Source of the DNA: Eledone cirrhosa
Taxonomy: Eukaryota
Assembly (NCBI GenBank): GCA_964016885.1
Contig: OZ024741.1
Location: 225,556,001-225,620,000, forward strand
DNA: 64,000 bases
Direction of reading: 5' to 3'
In this document: piece by piece, positions 13,595-26,199 of the stretch
Position numbering within the stretch: the first letter of the stretch is position 1
How the letters are laid out: each line of letters begins with the position of its first letter
Notes under the pieces: generated by a model
What the model was told of the DNA's origin: nothing
Databases searched by the model: none
Seen by the model: only the letters and a program-made list of their open reading frames with translations
Made by a program: the position numbers and the translations under genes

Positions 13595-14213
13595 ATAATG
13601 ATACATGACATACCCTGAGATGTTAAATGGTTAAAATTTAATCAAGGTAGTGATTAACCTAAGAGAAAACTCAACATTTATACCCTAATAATGAGAAAAT
13701 ACGAAAACGTAATAAATTCAATAGAGGATGTATGAGTAAGAAAAACGTTGCTTAATATTAGAAAGTATTACAAATATATTAATATATTAAAATATTAAAA
13801 ATTTAAATTGTTAAAGAAGATAGGATCATTTTGAAGGTTTATAGGAATATTATAAATTACACATTTTCTGAACGTGATATATTTAACCCACTACAATATT
13901 GTAATAGGATAAATACTTACAAATATAATTCGCTATATAAGTATATACATAATATAGGTAAATATTCAAATTTTTTCCCCCAAAATTAACGTATATATGT
14001 ATGTGGTCTTCTTTTTCTTTTTCTTTTTTCTTTTTCTTTCTTTCTCTCCTACTAATATAAACATATATCTAACTTTTCCACAGCGATTAAAATAACGGTT
14101 TTTCAATCATATACCTCAACCTCATTTACCATTTTTTAAATTCACTATCCAAGGAAAATTCAACTGATAAGGTATGTTCCTTGGCTATGTCAAAATTTAT
14201 AAAACACACTTTG

Positions 14214-14275
14214 TATTTTATCTGATGAAAGCGTACCAAAGTTTTTGGTACCCTTGAAATATATATAATAGAATA
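14214..14275 (+). ncRNA. Type I hammerhead ribozyme
   Basis: tattttat-CTGATGA-aagcgtaccaaa..tttggtaccctt-GAAA-tatata-TA-atagaata. Confidence 0.85.
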
Positions 14276-14412
14276 AATATGATTTTATAAATATAGTTTC
14301 CATTTATTTAATATCATTGAATATTTACTCCAGAAACTTCTCGAGTGCTCTGAATCAGTTATAAACATCTATATTTGTTGGATTTCCAACAAATTAAATA
14401 TCCCTTCTACTT

Positions 14413-14454
<42 letters not shown>

Positions 14455-14457
<3 letters not shown>

Positions 14458-14585
14458 CGGGTAAAATTCCCGAGATCCATGGACGAGTTCTCTCCAGCGG
14501 TCTCTGTCCCTCATTATCGCTGCCATATCCTGCATCTCCAACAGACCAGTGTCTGTCCTTAGGGCATCAACATATGTTAACTTGG
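14455..14585 (-). mobile_element. RTE LINE 3' fragment
   Basis: LTYVDALRTDTGL...RDRWRELVHGSREFYPP, nearly identical to 58955-59085. Confidence 0.85.
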
Positions 14586-14723
14586 TATCGACCACACCAA
14601 ATATAACCCTTAACGCAAGCGAACATATATACGCACGAAATACCTCGGCAACCCCTTATTCTTCCAATAATGTACTTTCGTAAATCATGGCCATTAGAAG
14701 TAAAACAATAAATAACTGCTTTA

Positions 14724-15269
14724 TCTCCTTATAATATATAAACAGCAATTCCTCTGTCTGTCTGTCCGACAGTGGAAACACGTGCGCGCGTGCGAATGTT
14801 TTTTGCGCACGCGTAGAGAGAGAGTGAGAGTGAAAGAAAGAGACAGAATACGAGAGGGGGATAGCGGGAGGGAGAGAGGGATAGCGGGAGGGAGAGAGGG
14901 AGAGAGAGAGAGAGAGAGAGTGAATAGACGCTAAAACACGTGCGGGCGTGCGAATGTTTTTTGCGCACGCGTAGAGAGAGAGTGAGAGTGAAAGAAAGAG
15001 ACAGACTATAAGAGGGGGATAGCGGGAGGGAGAGAGGGGGGAATTGAGGAGTGCTACAGAAACATATATACATTTCTGTGTGTGTGTAATATATATATAT
15101 ATACACACACAGAAATATATATATATACACACAGAAATATATATACATTTCTGTGTGTGTAATATATATATATATATACACACAGAAATACATATACATT
15201 TCTGTGTGTGTTATATATATATACTAGATTTGCGAGCAGAAAACCGCCCACCGGGTGGTTTTCTGCTAG
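14724..15269 (+). mobile_element. Probable non-autonomous Helitron with internal tandem repeats
   Basis: 5' TC followed by (CTGT)n. 3' hairpin agcagaaaaccgccc/gggtggttttctgct ending in CTAG|T. Internal ~158-bp duplication (14776/14935). Confidence 0.5.
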
Positions 15270-15882
15270 TCTATATATCTAAAACAGAGAATGTCTGTCT
15301 GTCTGTCTGTCTGTCTGTGTGTCAGCTCCCTAAAACTCGAGAACCACCCAACCGATTGTTTTCAAACTTTACACATGTAATACTTATGGTCCTGTGAGTA
15401 TTTTGAGCAAAAGAAATTTCAAATTTTCTATGTCCTAGGGACCGCATTAGGCGATTTAGCGATCCCTCTCTATAATTTTTAATCTTTCTTTTTAGATAGA
15501 TACATAGATATAACGTCGCGCCCTTATAATATCTGTCTGTATGTCTGACTGTCTGCATTACGACATTAGGACGCTGTGTGTGTGTATATATGTATATATA
15601 TATAGTGTGTATATATATATATATAGTGTGTAGCGTTTTTCCAAATATTTACTTCTGCGTTTACAGATTGATTTTTTTAGTTTCAGAAGATCCTGTTAAG
15701 AGTGAACGCAGCGATTATTTTAATATATATATATTTATATATAATTATATATTCGTGTACAGATATTTTTGCATACACAATAACAAAATATAAACAAACG
15801 TATTTATTTCACGAGGCTCGATAGGATAAATATATAAGAACTCTAGAGAAAATCCCGAGCAACGCCGGGCCATTCTTTCTTG
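15270..15882 (+). mobile_element. Probable non-autonomous Helitron
   Basis: Starts TCTATATATCTAAAA followed by (CTGT)n. 3' hairpin cccgagcaacgccggg at 15854-15869, then a degenerate CTTG|T end. Confidence 0.55.
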
Positions 15883-16694
15883 TTTAACATAAATTTACCA
15901 CATAGTGTTTGTAAGTTCTAGTAAAAATTGTTGTTTTCAAAAAATCCTTAATCTTATAATTCTAATTATTCATGTAACCTTACAACTTTTATAATTGTTT
16001 ATATCTTGTTAAAACCCCATTTCTTTCCTAATCAATATTATTATCATCTTTTTCTATCTCTAAATTTTACATACCTCTGTCCCCTTTAAATACCGCCACG
16101 GTAGACTGATTTGTCTGACTGACGACCCTTTACATTAATACCGTTTGGTCTCTGAGGCAGTGTAGTCCCGGCTACAATTAGGGAATGGCATTCTCTAAGA
16201 CACATATATACCTCTGTCGTCACTTGGCCATCCCTACCCCCTCTACCATGTCAACAAACCCACAAATCTGGCTTCAAGTGTCATTCGGGGACCATCTGCT
16301 ATCGATATAACACCATATTTGCAGTCTGTCTCCGGATCGAATTTTCTATTTTCTATCTTCTATATTTTGCTCTGTCTCCTGCCTTCCATTTTATGTTTGT
16401 GTTCGACGTGCTCCTGTTACATAATTCTGCAAATAACACCCGATGAAATCTTGCATCATAATTGGATGATATACCCGGGCCTTCGAATATATATATAGTG
16501 ATTTCAGGGAATTAAATTCTAAAATAAATCTTCCAACCGGGCCTTCTGTTGTTGTTTTAATGAATACTTTATCCGTTCCTGAACCAACCACCGGATATCA
16601 CATCTAGGATGAATAATTTGCATAACGTTCAGTTCTTTAATTAATTTGTTGCATCACCGTTTACCAACCTGAAACACTTATATATATATATATA

Positions 16695-17037
16695 AGCAGA
16701 AGGGATATTCAATTTGTTGGTAATTCAACAAATATAAATGTTTATAACTGATTCAGAGCACTCTACAGTTTTTCTGGAGTATTATATACAATGATATTAA
16801 ATAAATGGAAACTATATTTATAAAACCATATTTATTCTATTATATATATTTCAAGGGTACCAACATGTTGGATAGTGAAGGAAAACTTGAAACCGTTAAG
16901 GTATATTCTCCTTGGTTATGTCAAAATTTATAAAACACACTTCGTATTTTATCTGTTGATAGCGTACAAACATTTTGGTACCCTTGAAATATATATAATA
17001 GAATAAATATGGTTTTATAAATATAGTTTCCATTTAT

Positions 17038-17045
<8 letters not shown>
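16695..17045. mobile_element. HHR-family element with internal inversion; mutated HHR at 16945-17005 (+)
   Basis: Same family as 14180-14410. Arms at 16797-16862 and 16976-17043 are inverted. Core reads CTGTTGA instead of CTGATGA. Confidence 0.75.
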
Positions 17046-17080
<35 letters not shown>

Positions 17081-17118
17081 CGTGTGTGTGTGTGTTTGTG
17101 TGTGTGTGTTTGTGAGTA

Positions 17119-17579
17119 AATAATTGTTACTACTTTTGGCAGAAGGACACTAATTACACAGTACATTACTGGTACTTTATTTTATCGACCCCGTGAGGAT
17201 GAAAGGCAAAGATAACCTCGGTGGGATTTGAAATCAGTCCGTAAAGGGACGTGACTCTATGCTGAAAAACATGGCGTCCGACTCACTACCGATACTGCCC
17301 TAAATAATAATTGCTTCAACTTTTGGCACAAGGCCAGCAAATTATCCAGTGCATTACTGGTACTTTATTTTATCGACCCCGTATGGATGAAAGACAAAGT
17401 TAATCTCGGCGGGATTTGAACTGAGAATGGTAATGGCCGTAACTCTATACGTCAAAGCATGGCGCCCGACCCTCTACCGATACTGCCAATCCACAGTGTG
17501 TATTCTCGACGCTGTTACCCACTGTAACTGCTGAGAATACATAGTATTCTCAAATGTACACATCGGCTGATTACCCTCA

Positions 17580-17657
<78 letters not shown>

Positions 17658-19166
17658 GGTACTTGTGTGTGTATGCGTGTGTGTGTCTCTGATTCTGCTT
17701 AGTCAAATAAGTGAACCAAGTAATATAATACAAATTACAATGCAGAATTTTATCAGAGTTAATTACATTATAAGGCCAGTAATTTGAAGGGGAGGGGGGA
17801 ATGTCGATTAGATCGATCCCAGTGCTTACTGGTACTTTATTTTATCGACTCCGTAAGGATGAAAGGCAAAGGTAACCTCGGTACGATTTAAATTCAGAAC
17901 ATAAAGGGCCGTAACTCTATGCTACAAAGTAGGGTGTCCGGCGCTATGCTATACCTATACAGCCAATCCATCGACTTTGATTGCATTATAAATAAGGAAA
18001 CAAGATACATAACTCTGTCACGTCAAATTTGATTATGTCCCTTGATGTCTAAGGGAGAATACTCTGCATTTTACACTATGAAAAATTTCCTCTTGCATTT
18101 AATTGACAATGATTTGATCGCAGACCGTGTTTTAAAACTAGATTAATGGTAACCGTTTAAAACACACATATACCCTAATATTCACGAATATTCTATTTGA
18201 TAAAAGTATTGTATACTGGAATGGACCTTTATCGGGTTCGACGATGAGTGTTGCAATTGTTTAGTCTACTGAAAATAATTGTTTCTACATTTGGCACAAG
18301 GCCAGCAATTACTACAGTGCATTACTGGTGCTTTATTTTATCGACCCCGTAACGATGAAAGGCAAAGCTAACCTTACGAATTGAGACTGTAAATAAAGGG
18401 CCGTAACTCTATGCTGCAAAGCATGGCGTCCGACCCTCTACCGATACTGCCAATCCACCGCCCAGTCTACTGAAAATAAAATGTGATACAGCGCGCAATA
18501 AGACCAGCCTCTTGAATTACATGCTCAGTTCATCCGACGGACATCCACACAGTTTCTGTTTAGCCAGCTCGACACATAAAGCATAGGTTGAACCAAGATT
18601 ATAGTAAATAACACTTGTTCAAGATGCTAAGCAGTGGGATCGAACCTGGCATATACTGTTTGAGAGGCAAACTTCGTAACTATTTTACCATGCAGCGTCC
18701 ATATCGTATATTATTTTGAACCGGTCATTTAGGTTCTAATCACTGTAGATTGGCAGTATCGGTAGAGCGGCAGACACAATGCTTTTCAACATGGAGTTAT
18801 GGCCCTTTGCGTTCTGAGTTCAAATCCCGGCGAGATTAACTTTGCCTTTCATCCTTACTGGATAGATAAAATAAAGTACCAGTAATGCACTGGTATTATT
18901 CTACTTTTGTGCCAAAGGTAGAAACAATTATTACACCGTTTCAGTGTGGTAGATTGGTAGTATCGGTAAGGCATCGAACAATATAATCTGCGGCATATAA
19001 TTATGACCCATTATATTCTGAGTTCAAATCTCGCCAGGGTCAGCTTTGCCTTTCATCCTTGCGAGGTCGATAAAATAAAGTACAGGTAACGCACTGGGGT
19101 CGATTTAATCGACTTTCCACTCACCGCATAATTGTTGGCCTTGTGTCTAAATCAGAAACCATTATT
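17119..19166. mobile_element. Cluster of tRNA-derived SINEs
   Basis: Main-family copies at about 17119-17300(-), 17306-17493(-), 17770-17970(-), 18275-18462(-), 18745-18933(+) and 18946-19166(+). A second SINE family lies at about 18505-18700(-) (acacttgttcaagatgctaagcagtgggatcgaacc). Confidence 0.8.
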
Positions 19167-20142
19167 ACACGGATAGAATACGAATAGTGTAAGATGACAA
19201 ATTATATTGACTACAGAAATTTCGTTGTATTTATTTTATCGATCATTGAAAGATGAAAGAAAAAAGTTACCCCAACAAGAATTAAACCCAGAACTTTGAA
19301 GGAGTGTTTCAGTGGCATAACAAAGTTAAGAAATATACGTCGTTGTATCGAACATGAGGGTTTTCGGGTGTTTTAATGATAGGGCCGCACAAGTCTTATC
19401 ATCTCTACGAATTCACAAGAAGCTACATATCCATACATTGGGTTGAAAGCATCAGAACAATGTTTATAGATTTGGGAATACCTTGCTCTCTCTCCTTCCT
19501 ATCAGTTTGCGGAGGTCCTGAAAGGATTATCATAAGTAAACCGGAAACTCCACTAATCCTGCTCAATGAGCATGCGGGTGTTTTGGACACCATGTGGGAT
19601 GAAACAAAATCCATAGAAAGGTAGATACACAGGAGCAACAACAGCTATCTAATAGTATGCATACATATGTGTCTATACAGAGAGATGTCTATTCTTACCT
19701 AAAGCCTGTAATATTTGTAGTTTCTGGCCATCTTGCTATATTTCTCCAAAGATTTAAAGATTGACACTTGTGTCATAAAAACGCCTGTCACTTTAAAGTT
19801 TAAAATGATATTATACGATTACTTTGTGGACCCAACTTTGTATGTATGTATGTATGTATGTATGTATGTATGTATGTATGTATGTATGTATGTATGTATG
19901 TATGTGCTTCTGGTTTTATAATTTCACAAAGTTTTACCAATAGAGAGAGAGAGTCGGTTTCTAACATAGACACAAGACTCTCTCATTGGAATTTACACAA
20001 CATCAACTAGGTAGATATGTATGTATGTCTGCATGCATGCATGTGTAGATATGGATGTTATTGTATGTGTGGATGTGTATGTTTTGAGTTGTATGTGTGC
20101 ATGTGTATATGCTTTGTATCTGTACATGTGTATATGCAGTTA

Positions 20143-21432
20143 TTAGATGCAAAATCTTTGGAATATTTTACATATTTTTTTTACTGTTCCATTAATGGAT
20201 TGTACTTGTAATTTCCTAACTAGTTGTGTACTTTCTGTTCCTGTGAAGCCTAGCTTCTCAAGATTTGTATTGAGGCAGTTACGAACATATCCCAGTGCCC
20301 CAATAATCACAGGCATAAATCTGAAGGTATAATCAGGGTGGAGTATCTGCAGATTTCTCATCAGTTCTGCATAAATATTCTCCTTTTCACTAATCTTTGA
20401 TATTATATTGGCATCTGCTGGGCAGCTAATTTCCACTACTGTGCATGTTTTCTTCTCCCTGTCCCATAGTATAATATCTGGTCTGTTATGCCTGCATTTT
20501 ATTGGGGTTTTTACTGGAACATTCCACCAGTACTCTTTCATATTATGTACATGGATGTCTTCCACATTGTTGTAGCTTTTAATGTGTTTATTATCGGGGC
20601 TATCTTTTTTTACGAACTGCATTGTACAGTGTTTTGGCCACTACATCATGCCTCATAGGTAGATAGTACCGCGATGACATCTTTGGGAAGCTGCTGATGA
20701 CATGGGTGATATCCTCGATGTTAGTTCTGCAGAGTCTGCACTTGTTATCACATCTAGGTGTTTTGCCTGCATCCCTATCTCTTTTGTGAATCAGGTATTT
20801 CGTGCTAATCTCCTGTTCTTGGATTGCAAAAGCGTATCCTTCAAAGTGGGAGCCAATATAGCGGTTGTTGGTCCAAGATAGACTACTTTCCTTATCTATA
20901 TTACTCTCATTCTGGAGCTTCCTGGCAACATATTCATGCATGATTTTTTTGCTGATAGGCATGCAGTTTTTCATCCATGGATTCACTGCGATACTGCTGA
21001 GCGACATCCCTGGGTGTGAGTTTTTGATTATCACACAGGGAATACCTCTCAAGGAGTTCCTTCCCAATTCTTATGATCTTATCTGTTTCATGCAGATAGA
21101 CTTGCTCGAGAAACGGGCTCCTACGCTTCGAGGTTCATAGATGTTGTCGGAGAGATATGATGCGACATTCAAATGTTGTCTGGACTGATGTTAGGCCTCT
21201 GCCTCCCTGCTTACGTTTCAAGTAAAGGCGGTCTATGTCACTGTTGATGTGGAAGTTTCCGGTGTTGTTCAGTATTTTTCGAGTTCCAACATCAACTGCT
21301 CGGATTTCGTCTATCGTCCAATTGAGTATTCCAAACGTTGGTGTTAGGACAGGCACAGCAAACACATTGTGAGCCACTGTTTTGTTTTGCGCAGAGAGTT
21401 CCGATGACCAGATCTTTCTTAATCGGGTGTAG
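20143..21432 (-). mobile_element. 5'-truncated, frameshifted R4/Dong-clade LINE
   Basis: RLY..RKQGGRGL, CRLC...EDITH, RHD and NRPDIILWD...VVEISCP. Homologous to the C-terminal part of 21540-25049. Confidence 0.9.
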
Positions 21433-21459
21433 TATATGTATGTATGTATGTATGTATGT

Positions 21460-24400
21460 TTTCTCTTTCTCTTAATTTCGAGTATATTTTTTTGACCGGC
21501 CACCTTCCTGGTGGCAAGGTTGTAAAAGAAAAGAAATTGTCATCCCTTGAATCGCAAGAATGTTTTGCATATTTTGAAGGTGCCAGCTATCGCAGCCATT
21601 TGTAGACTATGAATTAGGGAGCTGCGCTTTTTGTCCGCAAATCCAAGTTCGGTCATACTTTGGTCCAAGCGGGTTGGTATATAACCCGTAGCACCAATAA
21701 TGATGGGTATGAAGCTAAAGGTGTATCTTGGATACTGGATTTGTAAGCTCCTCATCAATGGTCCGTAGATGTCCTCCTTCTCCTGTATTTTTCTGACAAC
21801 GTTTACATCAAGTGGGCAGCTGATCTCCACAACAGAACACGTTTTCAATGTGTGGTCCCAAACTACAATATCAGGCCGGTTGTGCTTTAATTTGGTGGCA
21901 GTTTTTATTTTCAGGTTCCACCAGTATTCCTTAGTGCCATCTGTCTCAATATATTCTTCCTCGTTTGTTGTTAATTTTGTTTTCCGAAGTGCGTTCCAGA
22001 TAGTTCTAGCTATCCCATCGTGTCTCATGGGGAGGTAGTAGCGAGATGACATTCTTTCGCAGCTGGCAACAATGTGGCTTACATCCTCGATCTTTGTTTT
22101 ACATAGCCTACATTTATTGTCAGCTGCTGGCCCTCCTCTTTTGTGCAGCAGATATTTGGTAGGGAGTTCTTGTTCCTGTATTGCATAGAGATATCCCTCA
22201 AGGTGTGATGTCATAAACTTGTCGGAACTCCATGCCAGGCTTTTTGAGTGGTTTATCCCCTCTATGGTCTGTGTTTTACGCCTCAAGTATCCATGCACAA
22301 CTTTCTCTGTAAATTGGTCAATTTTTTTTTCTTGTTTGAACATTGAATAGGATCTTCCGATTTCTCTGGGTGAGAGATTTATATCAGGCTTTATTCCATA
22401 TCTCTCCTCCAGATCAGTCGCTATTCTAATGATATTTCTTTTTTCATGCTCATAAACCTGAGCAAGATGGTCGCCAACCTTTTTCCTCTGTTGAAGGTGT
22501 TGCTTCAGTGTTACTATCCGGGTCTCATATGTTGTTAATATTGATTTTAGACCCCGGCCACCTTCCTTGCGTGAGAAGTATAGCCTATCCACATCACCAT
22601 TGATGTTAAAGTTCCCAGTAACACTGAGAAGTTTACGAGTTCTAACATCCATCTCACTTAGTTCTTGCAATGACCAGTTCAGTAGGCCAAATGTTGGCGT
22701 TATAATTGGCACAGCATAGGTATTGTGGGCAATGTATTTGTTGTATGCTGACAGTTCTGATGACCATATTTTTTTTACTCTTCTGAGGTATTCAGTTCTG
22801 GTTCTCTCCTTATTTATGGGTCCATCATATCTGACATTCTCATCCTGTCCAAGATATCTGTAGTTGTCACCTGACTGCAGAGGTTGTATTGTCAGGCCGT
22901 TCATATCTAGATTTCTAGAGGAGGGCACAGCTCTTCCACGTTTTACTGCCAAATATGCACACTTGGACTCACCAAATTTCATTTTGATGTCGGTTGAAAA
23001 TTGTGTAATGAGGTCCAATTGTTTCTTGATGTCATTGATATTTGGCCCATACAACTTCAGGTCATCAACAAAGAAAAGATGGGAGATACTTCTGGGCCCA
23101 CTTCTTTGTCCACCTTGTTTCCTGAGTAGGTAAGATAGTGGATTCAGTGAGAGAACGAAGAGTAGTACTGACAAGCTATCACCCTGAAAGATGCCCTTCT
23201 GGTAATGTATCCTATCAGTCTTAACCTGCTCCTTCTCACCTCTAAGGATCAAATTGGTGTACCAGTTCTTGGTCAGGCGTTCAACAGCAGCTACTAATGG
23301 TTGTGGGACTTTAGCTAACTGTAAAGCCTTAATAATCCACCCATGAGGTACACTATCAAATGCTTTTTGATAGTCCAGCCACACGACAGTCATGTTTCTG
23401 CGATTCTTTGTTGTTTTTTCCTGAATCATTTTGTTAGTTAGTAGGTGATCTATGCAACCCCACACCTCCCTCTTTCCACCAGCTTGCTCAGGTGTTATGA
23501 TGTTGTTGGTAGCACAGTGATCCTGTAAGAACAGGTTAAGGCACCCAGTATATAATTTATACATGATGTTTTGGCAGGCAATTGGGCGGTAATTTTTAGC
23601 AAGGGTGGTTTGGCTATTTTGGGGAATGAGGAGAGTAGTGGCAGTTGATAACCATCTGGGCAGTTCTTGTGTGCCCTTAATGGTTTCTGTAAACAGCCGT
23701 ATGAGATCTTGCCGATAGAAAGTGAAATTCTTCAACCAGTATCCTGTAATGAGGTCTGGGCCTGGCGATTTCCTATTCGACATTTTCTGTAGAGCTGTTT
23801 CCAGTATTGACCCATCTATGTCATATTGTTTTGTCTGGACATGTTGGCAGTAGTCCTGTTCCAGTTGTTTTACCCAATTAGCTTGTCTGTTGAATCCGTC
23901 ATCCGTTTCCCATACAGATCTCCAGTAGTTCTCAACCTGTTCTTTTGAAGGGGTGTCGTTTACAGGGATTGAGCTTTTGCCACCGAAGCTGCGATAAACT
24001 GATTTAGGATCTCTGGCAAACAATCTATTTAGCACTTGTCGTTTATGGGCTGTTGACTTATATTTTAGTCTTTCTGTTGTAGCTGTGAGTTGTTGTTTCA
24101 ACTGGTGTAATTTGGAGTTCAAAGTTTTAAATTTGGTATCTCCAAATCGTCTCTCTAACTTTTTCTTTAGGTCTTCCTGGTGTCGTGTGAAGTTTCTCTC
24201 TATGTTGCATTTCATAACGACTGCGATGTGTGAGATACTTCGTCTCAGGGACAAAATTTTGGTTTTTAAATTTCGCATCCACGCTGGTTCAGGCTTTCTG
24301 TTTGTATCTTGATTGCGTGGTTTTAGATGTGTGTTATATGATAGCAATGTGACAGCTGAAACATATAACAAAACATTGAGCGTTTCAAATGTCGTTTCTA

Positions 24401-25625
24401 CACCTTTAGATCGTATAGCCTTCAGATAATTGCCAGCTATTTCGTTCACCGCTTCCAATTCCAATTTAGTGGGTTCTTTACTGACTCTAGTGTTGTATGG
24501 TCTGTCACTCACATTAAGGCTGTGTATCTCTTGAAACATATCGTTCCATATCACTTGTAGGGTGCCCACAAGTTTTTGGTGCTCTGTTTGTTCAGTAGAG
24601 TCATGAATTGCAGCCTCGTTGTTGATGTGGTGACAATTACTACTAGAGTCAGCTGACCTTTCTCGCTGTTCTTCAGTGGAAGTGGGATGGATTTCAGCAA
24701 AATTGTTGGTGAGCTGTTCACTGTTAGATTTAGCCGGCCATTCTCTTTGTCTGTCAGTGGAGGTGGGGTGGTTGTCTACAAGGGCTGTATTTGTAGTATC
24801 ACTCGATTCCGTTAGATGTATCAATTTACATCTAATGATACGTTTTGCCTGTTCATTTAGATGCTTTGGAGAAAAGTCTAATTCTGGGTGTTTGGAGTTC
24901 CATAAAGTTTTTAGCCTTTGCATAAAACCGAACTTTTGGGGTTCAGATTGTTTGTATGCTTCATATAATTCTTTGTTAAGCTCGTAGCTCCACTGTATAC
25001 AACGGTTGTAATTGCGATTTGGTCGAAGGAGACTTGTACTTTTTGCCATGATGAGTTCGTCTATTCACTAATATTTTGTATTTATTTTTTTTAAATAGTC
25101 GATGATCTTCTTTAAAAGTTACGACAAAGTTCTGTCAGAATCAAATTTAAAGTTATTCACAGCTTGGGTAATATTTCTTTTCAGTTAGTTTTTAATTCTA
25201 CAACTGTGTTTTAAACGTTGTTCTTGAATCGTTTGAATCGAGAACAAAAAGAACCGTTACTTAGTATATTCCTTTACGAATGTAATATAATATAACAACG
25301 CTGTATTTATATGTTAAAGTTTATGTATCATTCATATAAATAGGTGTTCTACAACATATTCACAACATTCACAGTTCAAACACTTATATTTTTGTTTCTG
25401 AATCGAAAACGTTACTTTTATATTTCTTTATAAATGTAATATAACAACGTTGCATTTATATGTTAAAGTGTATGTATCGTTCATATATCATAAGTGTATG
25501 TATCGTTCATATAAATAGGTGTTTTACAACACACTTACAGTTCAAACACTTATGTAGAATTATTGTATGTAATCTTACCGCGTAATGTAGCTCAACTTTT
25601 TCCAATATATGGTATGTTGCCTTCA
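21460..25625 (-). mobile_element. Apparently full-length R4/Dong-like element
   Basis: ~575-nt 5' region with a ~170-bp direct duplication (25225/25399), ~80-nt 3' UTR, and (TATG)n directly on both sides. Confidence 0.8.
21540..25049 (-). CDS. Intact RT plus restriction-like endonuclease ORF of an R4/Dong-clade non-LTR retrotransposon (1169 aa)
   Basis: RT motifs NYRPIAC, WLDYQKAFDSVPH, GIFQGDSLS and HLFFVDDLKLY. CCHC knuckle CRLC...HIVASC, RHD, and PD-(D/E)xK-type NRPDIVV...VEISCP. Uninterrupted reading frame. Confidence 0.95.
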   Translation of the reverse strand: MAKSTSLLRPNRNYNRCIQWSYELNKELYEAYKQSEPQKFGFMQRLKTLWNSKHPELDFSPKHLNEQAKRIIRCKLIHLTESSDTTNTALVDNHPTSTDRQREWPAKSNSEQLTNNFAEIHPTSTEEQRERSADSSSNCHHINNEAAIHDSTEQTEHQKLVGTLQVIWNDMFQEIHSLNVSDRPYNTRVSKEPTKLELEAVNEIAGNYLKAIRSKGVETTFETLNVLLYVSAVTLLSYNTHLKPRNQDTNRKPEPAWMRNLKTKILSLRRSISHIAVVMKCNIERNFTRHQEDLKKKLERRFGDTKFKTLNSKLHQLKQQLTATTERLKYKSTAHKRQVLNRLFARDPKSVYRSFGGKSSIPVNDTPSKEQVENYWRSVWETDDGFNRQANWVKQLEQDYCQHVQTKQYDIDGSILETALQKMSNRKSPGPDLITGYWLKNFTFYRQDLIRLFTETIKGTQELPRWLSTATTLLIPQNSQTTLAKNYRPIACQNIMYKLYTGCLNLFLQDHCATNNIITPEQAGGKREVWGCIDHLLTNKMIQEKTTKNRRNMTVVWLDYQKAFDSVPHGWIIKALQLAKVPQPLVAAVERLTKNWYTNLILRGEKEQVKTDRIHYQKGIFQGDSLSVLLFVLSLNPLSYLLRKQGGQRSGPRSISHLFFVDDLKLYGPNINDIKKQLDLITQFSTDIKMKFGESKCAYLAVKRGRAVPSSRNLDMNGLTIQPLQSGDNYRYLGQDENVRYDGPINKERTRTEYLRRVKKIWSSELSAYNKYIAHNTYAVPIITPTFGLLNWSLQELSEMDVRTRKLLSVTGNFNINGDVDRLYFSRKEGGRGLKSILTTYETRIVTLKQHLQQRKKVGDHLAQVYEHEKRNIIRIATDLEERYGIKPDINLSPREIGRSYSMFKQEKKIDQFTEKVVHGYLRRKTQTIEGINHSKSLAWSSDKFMTSHLEGYLYAIQEQELPTKYLLHKRGGPAADNKCRLCKTKIEDVSHIVASCERMSSRYYLPMRHDGIARTIWNALRKTKLTTNEEEYIETDGTKEYWWNLKIKTATKLKHNRPDIVVWDHTLKTCSVVEISCPLDVNVVRKIQEKEDIYGPLMRSLQIQYPRYTFSFIPIIIGATGYIPTRLDQSMTELGFADKKRSSLIHSLQMAAIAGTFKICKTFLRFKG

Positions 25626-25777
25626 TGTATGTATGTATGTATGTATGTATGTATGTATGTATGTATGTATGTATGTATGTATGTATGTATGTATGTATGT
25701 ATGTATGTATGTATGTACGTATGTATATATATGTGTATATGTATATATGTATATGCATCTATACATATGTGTATATA

Positions 25778-26110
25778 TGCGCGGCGACATCGAAATAATC
25801 GGGCTGGATACCCAATCGCACGGTTAAACCACTGGGAGTGAAGGACTCCTAACCTTTGTCCGGGCATTCTTCTGGGAGAAGGCAACTCAGGAAACTGGGA
25901 TAACTCCGATATAAAACCTGCGGCTCAGTAGTTACCGATGATGTTGATCTTTTCTTCTTTTCGGGTTATAGCTACTGTCGCTGAGAGAGTGGGATTGGCT
26001 CAGTGCACAGTCTTTCCTCACTTTAAAAAAAATCACCGGCATTGCACGATAGCATTAAGTGATAATTATTAATAATGTTATATCGTGCAATGGCCATACT
26101 CGATAACAAG
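25778..26110 (+). mobile_element. Non-coding interspersed repeat (RTE 5' UTR-like); other copies at 57850-58200 and, more diverged, in 31000-32140
   Basis: Shares gggataactccgatataaaacctgcggctcagtagttac...gagagtgggattggctcagtgcacagtc. Embedded in (TATG)n. Confidence 0.7.
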
Positions 26111-26199
26111 TATGTATGTATGTATGTATGTATGTATGTATGTATGTATGTATGTATGTATGTATGTATGTATGTATGTATGTATGTATGTATGTATGT

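Noticed and set aside
25540-25630. HDV-like ribozyme expected at the 5' end of an RLE LINE
   Set aside because: I could not build the nested double pseudoknot by eye; a descriptor search is needed.
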